NCBI GenBank assembly: GCA_038060895.1
Contig: JBBTCT010000027.1
Location: 94,000 to 157,999, forward strand
Length of the DNA: 64,000 bases
DNA from: Planctomycetota bacterium
GTDB taxonomy: Bacteria; Planctomycetota; MHYJ01; WSZJ01
Direction of reading: 5' to 3'
Within the stretch, counting starts at the first letter, position 1. Every line of letters starts with the position of its first letter. Below the pieces are notes generated by a model. It saw nothing but the letters and a program-made list of their open reading frames with translations. It did not search any database and had not been told where the DNA came from. The position numbers were made by a program, and so were the translations under genes. Shown in pieces: positions 33,101-40,985 of this stretch.

Positions 33101-33270
33101 AGGACGGCCACGAGTGGCTTCGGCGCGAAAACGGACGGACGCTGGCTCGCGAGGGGATCCGGGCCTTCGTCGGCAACGACCCGACCCGCGCCCGTCGCCT
33201 CGCCGCGCAGGCCGCCGCCCTGGCGCCGGGAGATCCCGCAGTGATGGAACTGGAGGGGCGCCTGAAGTGA
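30118..33270 (+). CDS. Membrane Ser/Thr (Hanks) kinase with PEGA-like and parallel beta-helix ectodomain, copy 1
   Basis: LGRGGMGVVY, VAIK, HRDVKPGN, DFGLA, GTPAYMSPEQ; transmembrane segment; LGSAPV..GDHLVVLSR; TLSAALKDALPGNIVEL; DPGFVDPEHGDYRL. Confidence 0.88.
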   Translation: MLTPEDLALAQSLLKSGRIPAEALQHQISLIAAAPGKSLGASLEEAGLLPRGELARLTETFASKGTRVPAIAVGAGGRKKLGRYELVRELGRGGMGVVYEGFEPGLKRRVAIKTIIAGEGAPEDMVERFVRESRAAAALQHPNIVQVYEVGEADGVKYFAMEYVEGTSLDKVIKQDGALPPRRALRIAAEAARALQHAHEKGIIHRDVKPGNILLAEVPDASLVRSMDGGERPERILLTDFGLAKEMGGSSSLTLSGNLIGTPAYMSPEQAAGKIREIDARSDVYSLGAVLYELLAGKPPFGGDTLASVLSDIRSIDARPLRGVRQGVHRDVELIVQKAMAKDKDRRYGSAAEFADDIERWLGGEAVVAAPPTLIYRVARFARRRRAALLSAAACLVAVGSLGGWLGWRHVRDRAEAAQRAASEAQGRETRAKDHVIAAYRLIDRAEFDGAMVELKLAEAEVPGFAAAVTSARECRRKRSIHAMSEALSRENWKGALAIAEVSAEFRSDPEIVVLTRRAHGTCSIEVTSAEPGIEADMGAPEPGVPWEEGSFPAMELARRVGLCRPLGSAPVAKFDAGFGDHLVVLSRAGKAVRVIPLRLSRSTDLRIDYRVLRPGSVPGATHETLSAALKDALPGNIVELHGGSHSLLETRIPAGVMIRAVEGTEPHIVSPEGHTSFDGIRAHGAVLEGLTFEPSIGSGLVFNGAFRPVIRRCQFDKVGARTLDFTNSDDWLVRDCRIAGPRRYGVAAENSLGGTVFRVDCRNSSDAGFELSGRRQRVIQCVVEDCAKLGVGIEGQDAVVTGCRIARSGVQGLVVVKAFGARLEDNLLLGNCHRPAGDEPSSVVIYDSGRVRFRFNTIVGGKGVGLGIKMCGGYFESWIASGIEGRAFHLHGMPGPGIDVEDATTLDWFVTWNCRLWGRFDTVEFPKITDATNSPRIDGTQGWKAAREVVECDPGFVDPEHGDYRLSRESTARGKGRDGADPGVRWEALSADLKDGHEWLRRENGRTLAREGIRAFVGNDPTRARRLAAQAAALAPGDPAVMELEGRLK

Positions 33271-36200
33271 TAACGGCCGAAGATCTCGCCCTCGCGCAGT
33301 CGCTCCTCGCCTCGGGACGGGTCGATGCGACAGAGATCGAGAAGGCCCTCGCATCGCTGGGCGCGGAGAACTCTGGAAAGCGGCTGAAAGAGGTGCTGGC
33401 CGCGAGAGGGCTTCTTCAATCGGACGGCGCGGCGAAATACGGCGCAACCATCGTTCCCGGCTCGCTGGTGGGAGAGCCGCAGTCCGCGGACGGCTCCCGC
33501 AAACCCGTTGCCGTTCCCGAGACGTTCGACCGGACCATCATGGCGTCGGGATCCGGGAAATCGCTTCCCTCTCCACAACCCGACCCCGCGGTTCGCCCCG
33601 CTCGACGCATCGGCCGATTCGAACTGATGGACGAAATCGCACGAGGCGGAATGGGAATCGTTTACCGCGCCTTCGAGCCGGCGTTGAACAGGCACGTCGC
33701 GCTCAAGGTCCTCATCGCAGGTCAGAACGCGTCCGACGACCAGGTCCAGCGCTTCATTCGCGAAGCTCGAGCCGCAGCGGGCCTCCACCATCCGAACATC
33801 GTGCAGGTCTTCGAAGTCGGCGAAGAAACCGGCTCGCACTGGTTCGCAATGGAACTCGTGGACGGCGCGTCGCTCGACAAGATCATGAAGCAGCAGGGCT
33901 CCTTCCCGCCAAGAACCGCGCTTCGAATCGCACGCGATATCGCCCGCGCCCTTCACTTCGCGCACCAGAAGGGAATCGTCCACCGCGATGTGAAGCCGGG
34001 GAACATCATGGTCGCGTCCTCCGGCAAAGGCGCGGCGTCATCCGTCTCCGGCGACGCCCGCCCGATGCGCGTCCTCCTCGGCGACTTCGGGCTCGCCCGC
34101 GACGCTTCCGCCGGCGCCGGCCTCACCCTCAGCGGAAATCTGCTGGGCACGCCCGCCTACATGAGTCCCGAGCAGGCATCGGGCCGCACGAAGGACATCG
34201 ACGCCCAGAGCGATGTCTTCGGCCTCGGGTCCGTTCTCTACGAACTTCTCTGCGGCAAGCCGCCCTTCCAGGCGTCCTCACTCGGCGACATCCTCTCGAT
34301 GATCATGGGAAGCGACGCCCCGCCGCTTCGCAAGGCCCGGCCAGGCCTGCACCGCGACATCGAACTGATCGTCTCGAAGGCGATGGCGAAAGAGAAGGCC
34401 CGGCGGTACGCGACCGCCGGGGACTTTGCGGACGACATTGACCGGTACCTCAACGGGGAGGCGATTCTCGCGGAGGCTCCGTCGGCCGTGTACAGGGTGG
34501 TGCGCTGGTCCCGGGTTCATGCGCCCCTGGCGGTCGCGGGCACGGTGGCGCTGGTTGCGCTGATCGCGATGGGCGGCATTCTGTTGAAGCGCGCCTGGAA
34601 CCGCCGGATGGACGATCGCCAGCGGCAGGAGGCTGCGAGCAGAGAACTTCAGGAGAAGGTCACCACGGCGTTGCGCGAAGCGGTCGAACTTGCAAATGCG
34701 GGAGAGTTCGGCGAAGCGGACGTACGGCTGGCCGCGGCGCGGAAGCTCGAACCGGGGAACTCATCCATCGAAGCCGCCGCCCGCCACCTGAAGCTCGCGT
34801 TCCTGATAAAACGCGTCGGCGAGGTTGCGGCAAAGCCGGATCCGTCGGAAGAGGAAGTCGCGATCGCGAGATCGCTTCTTGCGATGCACTCCGACCTGGC
34901 CGGGGATCCGGACGTGCGCCGGATGGCACGCCAGGTCGAAGGAACGTGTTCCTGGTCGCTGGCCTCCGACGTGGAGGGGCTTGAGGTCGACCTTGCGTCC
35001 GCGGAACCCGGGATCTATTGGGATGAGGAAACCTTCCCGCGGGTGGCCGAGGCGCGCGGCGCAGGGTTGTGCAAGCGCATCGGAGAAGCTCCTGTCGCCC
35101 CGCAGGACGCGCCCTACGGCGAGTACCTCATCATCCTCAGCCGCGAAGGGCATCCGGTCCGAATCATCCCGATGAACCTGCGTCGCAACACGACTGCCGC
35201 GATGGAGCACCGCGTGTTGCGCGTCGGGAAGTCGCCGGATGCAACCCATTCGCGTGTGGAAGACGCGCTCTTCGAGGCTCGTGCCGGCAACTCGATTCTC
35301 CTGGAGAACGAGGTGTTCGGGGGCATTGAAGTTCACAGCAAGCCAGGCCTCCTGATCGGCGCCATTCCCGGCGCCCGTCCGGCCCTGAGCAACTCTGCCG
35401 GGCATTCGATCTACGCCTCGGACTGTTACGGCATTCGCTTGCGCGACCTCACGATCACTTCCGTTTCTGGAACCATCTGCTCCCTCACAACCAGCTCGCG
35501 GGCTTCCGTCATCCGCTGCCGGGCCACCGTTCCTGGATCCGCAGGGCTCGGAGCCCTCAACAGCGGTGATTGGCACGCCCGCGACAGCGTGTTCATGGCA
35601 GGCCAGGCCGGCTACGGGATCCACTCCGACCGCCTGCCCGGATGCCTCGCATTTCGGGTCACGGTCGAGGGCGGAGGCTGGTGTTCCGTCGTCTCCGCCG
35701 GCGACCGGGCACGATTCATCCAGTGCCGTTTCTCAAAAGGCCAGCTCGCCGCCATGACCCTCCAGGGCCCCGACTCCGAGCTCGTCGAATGCGAATTCCG
35801 GGACTGCCCGAACTGGGGGGTGCTCACCGAAGGCCGGTCGGAGAGAGCCTTGATCCGTGATTGCCACTTCGTTCAGTGCGGCGCGCGTCCTTCCTCTTCC
35901 GTCTATGCCGGTGCTCTCGTCGTCTCCAACGGTGGAATCGTCGAGCACAATACGTTTGCAGGATGCGCCTTCGCGGCCATCACCTTCCTGGGAAGCGGCT
36001 CCATTCGTGACAACCTCTTTGCCCCCGTCCTCGATTTCACAAAGGTCGACGGCGGGGTCCTCCCCGGCGGTCCCGTCTTCCTCCGCGGCGATGAGGACGG
36101 TCCGTGCCTCGAAGGAAACTTCTACGCATCCAGCACCCTGGCGGGGCGGGTCCGCGAAACGAAATGCTCTACCGAAGAGGTGTTTGCCCGGGAAGCGGCG

Positions 36201-36539
36201 GGCATGAACTGCCCCATCGGCAAGGCTCCGCCTCTCCGGAATCTCGACGCCCCTGCCGCCGCGACTCTCCTGCCGGAAGGCGGCCTCGCTCCAGGCAGCC
36301 CGCTGCTGACGGCTGCCACCGATGGCGGTCCGGTGGGAGTCCGCTTCAACGCCCTCGCCGCCGATACGATCGCGAGCGAGGAGTGGATGAAGAGGGACAT
36401 CGGGCGGCTTTACGCGTGGAGGGGGACGGAGGCGCTGAACAAGGGAGACCGTGCGGCGGCCGCGCACTACCTCGCGAAAGCTCACCTGATGGCCGCTTCC
36501 GACCCCGCCGTGAACGACCTGGCGGCGCGGCTGAAATAA
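33267..36539 (+). CDS. Membrane Ser/Thr (Hanks) kinase with PEGA-like and beta-helix ectodomain, copy 2
   Basis: GTG start overlaps the TGA of copy 1 (GTGA); MITAEDLALAQSLL matches MLTPEDLALAQSLL; all kinase motifs are intact and the domain order is the same. Confidence 0.88.
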   Translation: MITAEDLALAQSLLASGRVDATEIEKALASLGAENSGKRLKEVLAARGLLQSDGAAKYGATIVPGSLVGEPQSADGSRKPVAVPETFDRTIMASGSGKSLPSPQPDPAVRPARRIGRFELMDEIARGGMGIVYRAFEPALNRHVALKVLIAGQNASDDQVQRFIREARAAAGLHHPNIVQVFEVGEETGSHWFAMELVDGASLDKIMKQQGSFPPRTALRIARDIARALHFAHQKGIVHRDVKPGNIMVASSGKGAASSVSGDARPMRVLLGDFGLARDASAGAGLTLSGNLLGTPAYMSPEQASGRTKDIDAQSDVFGLGSVLYELLCGKPPFQASSLGDILSMIMGSDAPPLRKARPGLHRDIELIVSKAMAKEKARRYATAGDFADDIDRYLNGEAILAEAPSAVYRVVRWSRVHAPLAVAGTVALVALIAMGGILLKRAWNRRMDDRQRQEAASRELQEKVTTALREAVELANAGEFGEADVRLAAARKLEPGNSSIEAAARHLKLAFLIKRVGEVAAKPDPSEEEVAIARSLLAMHSDLAGDPDVRRMARQVEGTCSWSLASDVEGLEVDLASAEPGIYWDEETFPRVAEARGAGLCKRIGEAPVAPQDAPYGEYLIILSREGHPVRIIPMNLRRNTTAAMEHRVLRVGKSPDATHSRVEDALFEARAGNSILLENEVFGGIEVHSKPGLLIGAIPGARPALSNSAGHSIYASDCYGIRLRDLTITSVSGTICSLTTSSRASVIRCRATVPGSAGLGALNSGDWHARDSVFMAGQAGYGIHSDRLPGCLAFRVTVEGGGWCSVVSAGDRARFIQCRFSKGQLAAMTLQGPDSELVECEFRDCPNWGVLTEGRSERALIRDCHFVQCGARPSSSVYAGALVVSNGGIVEHNTFAGCAFAAITFLGSGSIRDNLFAPVLDFTKVDGGVLPGGPVFLRGDEDGPCLEGNFYASSTLAGRVRETKCSTEEVFAREAAGMNCPIGKAPPLRNLDAPAAATLLPEGGLAPGSPLLTAATDGGPVGVRFNALAADTIASEEWMKRDIGRLYAWRGTEALNKGDRAAAAHYLAKAHLMAASDPAVNDLAARLK

Positions 36540-36650
36540 CCCGTTTCTGTCAGCCCGGAACTTGACGGGGCCTCCGTCGCTTTGATTGAATCCACGTCAT
36601 CAGCCCGCGAAATTCCTTCGCGGGTTTGTCGTTTTTGCGGGGAGGAAGAC

Positions 36651-37121
36651 GTGACGGACATCGTTCCCATGTCTCCAGATGGATTCGAGACGGCGAAGGC
36701 AAAGCTGAAGCGCATGAAGGAAGTCGAGCGGAAGCAGCTTGAGATCCGCCTTGGAGAGGCGCGCGAGCTGGGAGACCTGTCCGAGAATTCGGAGTACGAG
36801 TCGGCGCGAGCCGATCTCTGGTTGCTCGACCAGCGGGTTACGGAGCTGGAAGACCGGCTGGCGCGAGTGCAGGTCGTGGACCCGAGCAGCCAGCCGAAGG
36901 ACGCGGTGCTGTTCGGCGCGAAGGTGAAGTGCATCGACATGAAATCGAAGGAAGAGGAGCTGTTTGAGCTGGTCGGGGAGGGGGAAGCGGACCCGATGCA
37001 GAACAAGATCTCGATTTCGGCGCCGATTGCGCAGGCGCTGATCGGAAAGAAGATCGGGGAGATCGCGGAGGTGAAAGCGCCGAGGGGGACGATCAAGTAC
37101 AAGGTGATAGCGATTTCGTAG
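36651..37121 (+). CDS. greA: Transcription elongation factor GreA
   Basis: ARELGDLSENSEYESAR, FGAKV, LVGEGEAD, ISISAPIAQALIGK; GTG start after GGAGG. Confidence 0.93.
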   Translation: MTDIVPMSPDGFETAKAKLKRMKEVERKQLEIRLGEARELGDLSENSEYESARADLWLLDQRVTELEDRLARVQVVDPSSQPKDAVLFGAKVKCIDMKSKEEELFELVGEGEADPMQNKISISAPIAQALIGKKIGEIAEVKAPRGTIKYKVIAIS

Positions 37122-37133
37122 AAACGGGAGCGA

Positions 37134-37186
37134 CGAAACGAAAAACCCCGGCGAGGACGGATGCTTCGCCGGGGTTTTGTGTTTCG
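37134..37186. terminator. Bidirectional terminator between greA and the convergent monooxygenase gene
   Basis: AAAACCCCGGCGAG...CTTCGCCGGGGTTTT, A-tract on the left and T-tract on the right. Confidence 0.85.
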
Positions 37187-37194
37187 CGGGCGGC

Positions 37195-39000
37195 TTACTT
37201 CTTTTTCTTCCGTGGTTTCGTCAAATCCTCTTTGTCCTCGACGTACCCGACATAACCCAGGCACATCTCGTCGCTCGTCTTCTCTCCCCAGTAGACATTC
37301 TTCGGCGGCCGGTTCGGATTGCGCGGGTTCTTGTCTGAGTTGTCGTACACGGCGGTGTAGAGAATCTTCGAGCCAGCCGGCAACTTGAGTGGTGTCCTGG
37401 GCATGTACGCGTCCTGCCACTTGAAATCCCAGTCGGCGATCTCGATCACGGTCTGTTCCTTGCCGTCGGGGAATCGCGCGACCATTTTGGCCGACTTTCC
37501 GAGCAGGTGCTGGTGCGGTGACACGACGAAGACGGTGCAGTCCTTCGTGAAACTCCAGCCAGCCTTGACCTCGTGGCGCTCCGCGCCCGCGGGAATCTCG
37601 AACGAAGCGTTCACCATCTCCGCCCAGCGGATCTGCTGCTTGATCGGCGTTTTCGAGAAGTAAAGGCCGAGGCGCGTCTTGTCCTTCTGTGGCGTGCCGC
37701 AGCGGTTGTAGTGAATCTGAAGAACGACGTCAGCGCCCTTCTTGAGTTTGCGCCCGACCCCTTCCGGAAGGGAATAGGGCATGTCTCCAGGAGCCCAACC
37801 GCCCATCTCGCCGGTCGGGATGAACCCGGGCCAGGTCCCCTCGCCCGGGTATCCCAGTCCTTCGGCCGCAGCGTCCAGCTTCCGCGCCGTCCCGCTCGTA
37901 TCGATGTACGCCAGGACGTGGTGGACGATCCGCGGATTTCCGGGACGGATCTCAGTCGCCGTCACCCACGTGTCCTCGGGCAGATCCGTGCGGCAGACGA
38001 AGTGCCGGTACTCATCCGCCGGGCCCGTCCCGCTGAGATCGAAAACCGCCTCCATTTCCAGCACGAGGTCCGGCGGTCCCAGGATCCACTCGTCCTTGAA
38101 CACAGGCATCGGCGGCTCAAGGGAGGCATCTCCCATGGGAGCGCCGCAGTCGGCCCACTTCAATATTGTGTCGATCTGGTCCGGCGTCAGCCTCCGGTCG
38201 TTCAGGAACGCGAGGCCGTCCGACGGCTTCCAGGGCGGCATGCGCTTTTCGGAAACGGCGCTCCGGATTTCCTTCGCGAAGGCGCTGGCATGCTCGTAGT
38301 CGGTCAACTTGAAGGGGCCGATCTGTCCCGAGCGGTGGCAGGCCACGCAGTTCTGCTGCACGATAGGTGCGACGTCCTTGGCCCAGGTGACGGGCCCGTC
38401 CTTCGGCGGGGCGTCCCGGCGCAGGGCGCAGCCGCGCGGCAATGTCTCCGGTTCCGCAACGTCCTTGCCCGAGAGCACCGCGTCCAGCGCTTCGCGCAGT
38501 TCGCGCCGCTTCGGCCGTCCTCCCATGGGGTCGTCGTCAACCCGGCCCCGGTAGCGCACCACGCGTTTCTGGTCGAGAACCACGACCGTCGGAACGGTCT
38601 CGATTCCCAGTCGGTCTGCGAGCGCGTGGTCGCCGTCACGCAGCACCGGGAAGGCGATCTCGCGCTCTTTCGCGTACGCCGCGAGTTCCTGCTGTTCGTT
38701 GTAGTTCGAATCGACGCCCAGCATCGACACGCCCTGTTCCGAGTACTCCTTCAGGATCCCTGCCAGCTCCGGAAGGTACCGGTTCGAAATCGGGCATTGC
38801 GTGCTGAGAAACACGAGAACCACGGCCTTCCGGTCGGACAGGGAAGCGAGAGTCCGCTCCTCGCCGCCCTGGTCCTTGAGCGCGAAACCGTCCAGCGATA
38901 CGCCCGGCGCTCCCGGTTTCGGTTCGGCGGAGGGACGCAGGAAAACAGCGGAAACGAAGAGCGCGGACAGGGCGATTCGCAGCGTTTTCATGGGCCTCAA
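37195..39000 (-). CDS. Secreted redoxin (AhpC/TSA) + haem c + PHM/DBH-type copper monooxygenase fusion, copy A
   Basis: TQCPISNRY, YRGRVDD, GC; NCVACHR..MPPW; VHHV, QIHY, PHQH, DEMC. Confidence 0.8.
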   Translation of the reverse strand: MRPMKTLRIALSALFVSAVFLRPSAEPKPGAPGVSLDGFALKDQGGEERTLASLSDRKAVVLVFLSTQCPISNRYLPELAGILKEYSEQGVSMLGVDSNYNEQQELAAYAKEREIAFPVLRDGDHALADRLGIETVPTVVVLDQKRVVRYRGRVDDDPMGGRPKRRELREALDAVLSGKDVAEPETLPRGCALRRDAPPKDGPVTWAKDVAPIVQQNCVACHRSGQIGPFKLTDYEHASAFAKEIRSAVSEKRMPPWKPSDGLAFLNDRRLTPDQIDTILKWADCGAPMGDASLEPPMPVFKDEWILGPPDLVLEMEAVFDLSGTGPADEYRHFVCRTDLPEDTWVTATEIRPGNPRIVHHVLAYIDTSGTARKLDAAAEGLGYPGEGTWPGFIPTGEMGGWAPGDMPYSLPEGVGRKLKKGADVVLQIHYNRCGTPQKDKTRLGLYFSKTPIKQQIRWAEMVNASFEIPAGAERHEVKAGWSFTKDCTVFVVSPHQHLLGKSAKMVARFPDGKEQTVIEIADWDFKWQDAYMPRTPLKLPAGSKILYTAVYDNSDKNPRNPNRPPKNVYWGEKTSDEMCLGYVGYVEDKEDLTKPRKKKK

Positions 39001-39007
39001 CCGTTCC

Positions 39008-40795
39008 TCATTTCTTTTTTGCCTTCGTCAGGTCCTCGTTGTCCTTCACGTAGTTCACGTACCCAAGGCACATTTCGTCAGACGTGTTTTCTCCCCACCG
39101 GATGTTCTTCGGCGGGCTGTGCGGGTTCCTCGGATTTTCCTCCGAGTTGTCATACGCGAACGTCAGCTCGACTCGCGAGCCGCCCTTGAGGTGGAGAGGC
39201 TCGGCGAAGTGATACGTGTCCTGCCACTTGAAGTCCCAATCGGCAATCTCCACGAGCGGAATCTTCTTTCCGCGGGGGGTCTCGGCAACCATGCTCGTCT
39301 TCTTCGCGAGGAGATGGGCGTGCGGCATCACGGAAATCACCGTGATGTTGCGGCTCACCGGCCACGACGCGCGGACTTCCCATTCGGACTCACCGGCCGG
39401 GATCCGGAACCACGGGTTGATGATGCGCGCCTGGTAGAGCCGCTGCTTGACCGGCCCCTTCGCGAAGTGCAGCCCGATCTTCGTCCGGTCCTTCTGCATC
39501 TTTCCCGTCGGGTTGTTGTAGTGGATCTGCAGGACCAGCGTTGAGTCCTTCGGGAGCTTCCTCGCAACCCCGTCCGGCAGCGGACGCGCGAAGAAACCGG
39601 GCGTCCATCCTCCCATTTCCCCCGTCGGAAGGAACCCGGGCCAGGCACCGCCGCCGCTGTAGCCGATCCCTTCTTCGTCCGCGTCGAGACGTTCGGCCGT
39701 TCCCGTCTGGTCGATGTAGTTCAGGACGTGGTGCACGATCCGGGGATTCCCGGGCATCACCTCCACGGCCGACACCCACTTGTCCTCGGTCCACTTCGTC
39801 GGCATCAGGAAATGCCAGTACAGGTCCGGTCCCGCTCGGACTTCGAAATCCACCCCCGCGTCGAGGACCATGTCCGGCTCGCCCAGAACCCAGTCGCTCT
39901 TGAACTCAGGAAGAGCCGGCTCTTCCTTCGGGTTTCCTTCCGGCGTGCCTTCGTCAACCCACTTCACGACCGTGTCGATCTGCTCCTGCGTCAGCTTTCG
40001 CTCGCCGTGCATGGCCCGCCCCGCCACGGGCTTCCAGGGAGGCATTCTCTTGTCCACCACCGCGCTCTTGATTTCCTGCGCGAAGGCGCTGACGTGGTTG
40101 AAATCGACAAGGGGCATCGGCCCGATCTGGCCTGGCCGGTGGCACTGCACGCAATTCTGGTAGATGATCGGCGCAACGTCCTTCGCCCAGGTCACTGAGC
40201 CGTCTTTCTTGGGCGCTTCGCGGCGTATCGTGCAGCCGCGCGCGGGAGTTTCCGCCTTCGGGACTTCGCGCCCCTCGAGAATCGCATCGAGTGCCGCGCG
40301 CACGTCGTCTCCCGTTGTCGCAAACCCCATCTGGGTCCGGTCGATCCGGCCGCGATACCGGATCGTGAATTTTTCGTCCACTACGAGCGCAGTCGGAGTC
40401 ACTTCGATTCCCAGCGCGTCCGCCAGGACGTGGTCGGCGTCCCGGAGAATCGTGAAGGGAATCTCGCGCTCCTTTGCGTCGGCGGCGATCTCCGCCTGTT
40501 CGTTCTGGTTCGAATTCACGGTGATGAGCCGGATTTCCCTGCCCTTATAGTCCGCCGCAATTTTCGCGAGTTCCGGGATGTAGCGGATGCACTGCGGGCA
40601 CTGCGTCCCGGTGAAGATCACTACGAGCGCCTTCGCGCCCGCAAAATCTGCCCGCTGCTTCATCTTCATGTCCGCGTCCGGAAGGGAGAACTCCGGGAGG
40701 AGCTTCGGGCGCGGAGGCGGCTCGGCGGCGTTGCGGGCGGGGAAGAGGACGAGCGAGGCGGCGGCCGAGAAGGCGAACACGAAGAGACGTCGCAT
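39008..40795 (-). CDS. Secreted redoxin + haem c + copper monooxygenase fusion, copy B
   Basis: TQCPQC, YRGRID, GC; NCVQCHR..MPPW; VHHV, QIHY, PHAH, DEMC; start moved to ATG 40795 (signal peptide MRRLFVFAF). Confidence 0.8.
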   Translation of the reverse strand: MRRLFVFAFSAAASLVLFPARNAAEPPPRPKLLPEFSLPDADMKMKQRADFAGAKALVVIFTGTQCPQCIRYIPELAKIAADYKGREIRLITVNSNQNEQAEIAADAKEREIPFTILRDADHVLADALGIEVTPTALVVDEKFTIRYRGRIDRTQMGFATTGDDVRAALDAILEGREVPKAETPARGCTIRREAPKKDGSVTWAKDVAPIIYQNCVQCHRPGQIGPMPLVDFNHVSAFAQEIKSAVVDKRMPPWKPVAGRAMHGERKLTQEQIDTVVKWVDEGTPEGNPKEEPALPEFKSDWVLGEPDMVLDAGVDFEVRAGPDLYWHFLMPTKWTEDKWVSAVEVMPGNPRIVHHVLNYIDQTGTAERLDADEEGIGYSGGGAWPGFLPTGEMGGWTPGFFARPLPDGVARKLPKDSTLVLQIHYNNPTGKMQKDRTKIGLHFAKGPVKQRLYQARIINPWFRIPAGESEWEVRASWPVSRNITVISVMPHAHLLAKKTSMVAETPRGKKIPLVEIADWDFKWQDTYHFAEPLHLKGGSRVELTFAYDNSEENPRNPHSPPKNIRWGENTSDEMCLGYVNYVKDNEDLTKAKKK

Positions 40796-40985
40796 GCAGG
40801 ATCCCCCGTAAGAGATGCGTGAAAGCCGTGAAGAAGGCTGCCTATCCGTACGGATCAGAACGCCCGGTGTTTGCCGAAGCAGCGCGCCGAGGCAGCCGGA
40901 CAAGCGGGTTTTTTCTCGGGCTCTGAGTGTGAAAACCGTATAAAGAACGCCCTACAGCTGTTCCCCCTGCCTGCAGGAGCGCCGC

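Noticed and set aside
32946-33266. Extended start of kinase copy 2
   Set aside because: It overlaps copy 1 out of frame; paralogy and an SD place the start at GTG 33267.
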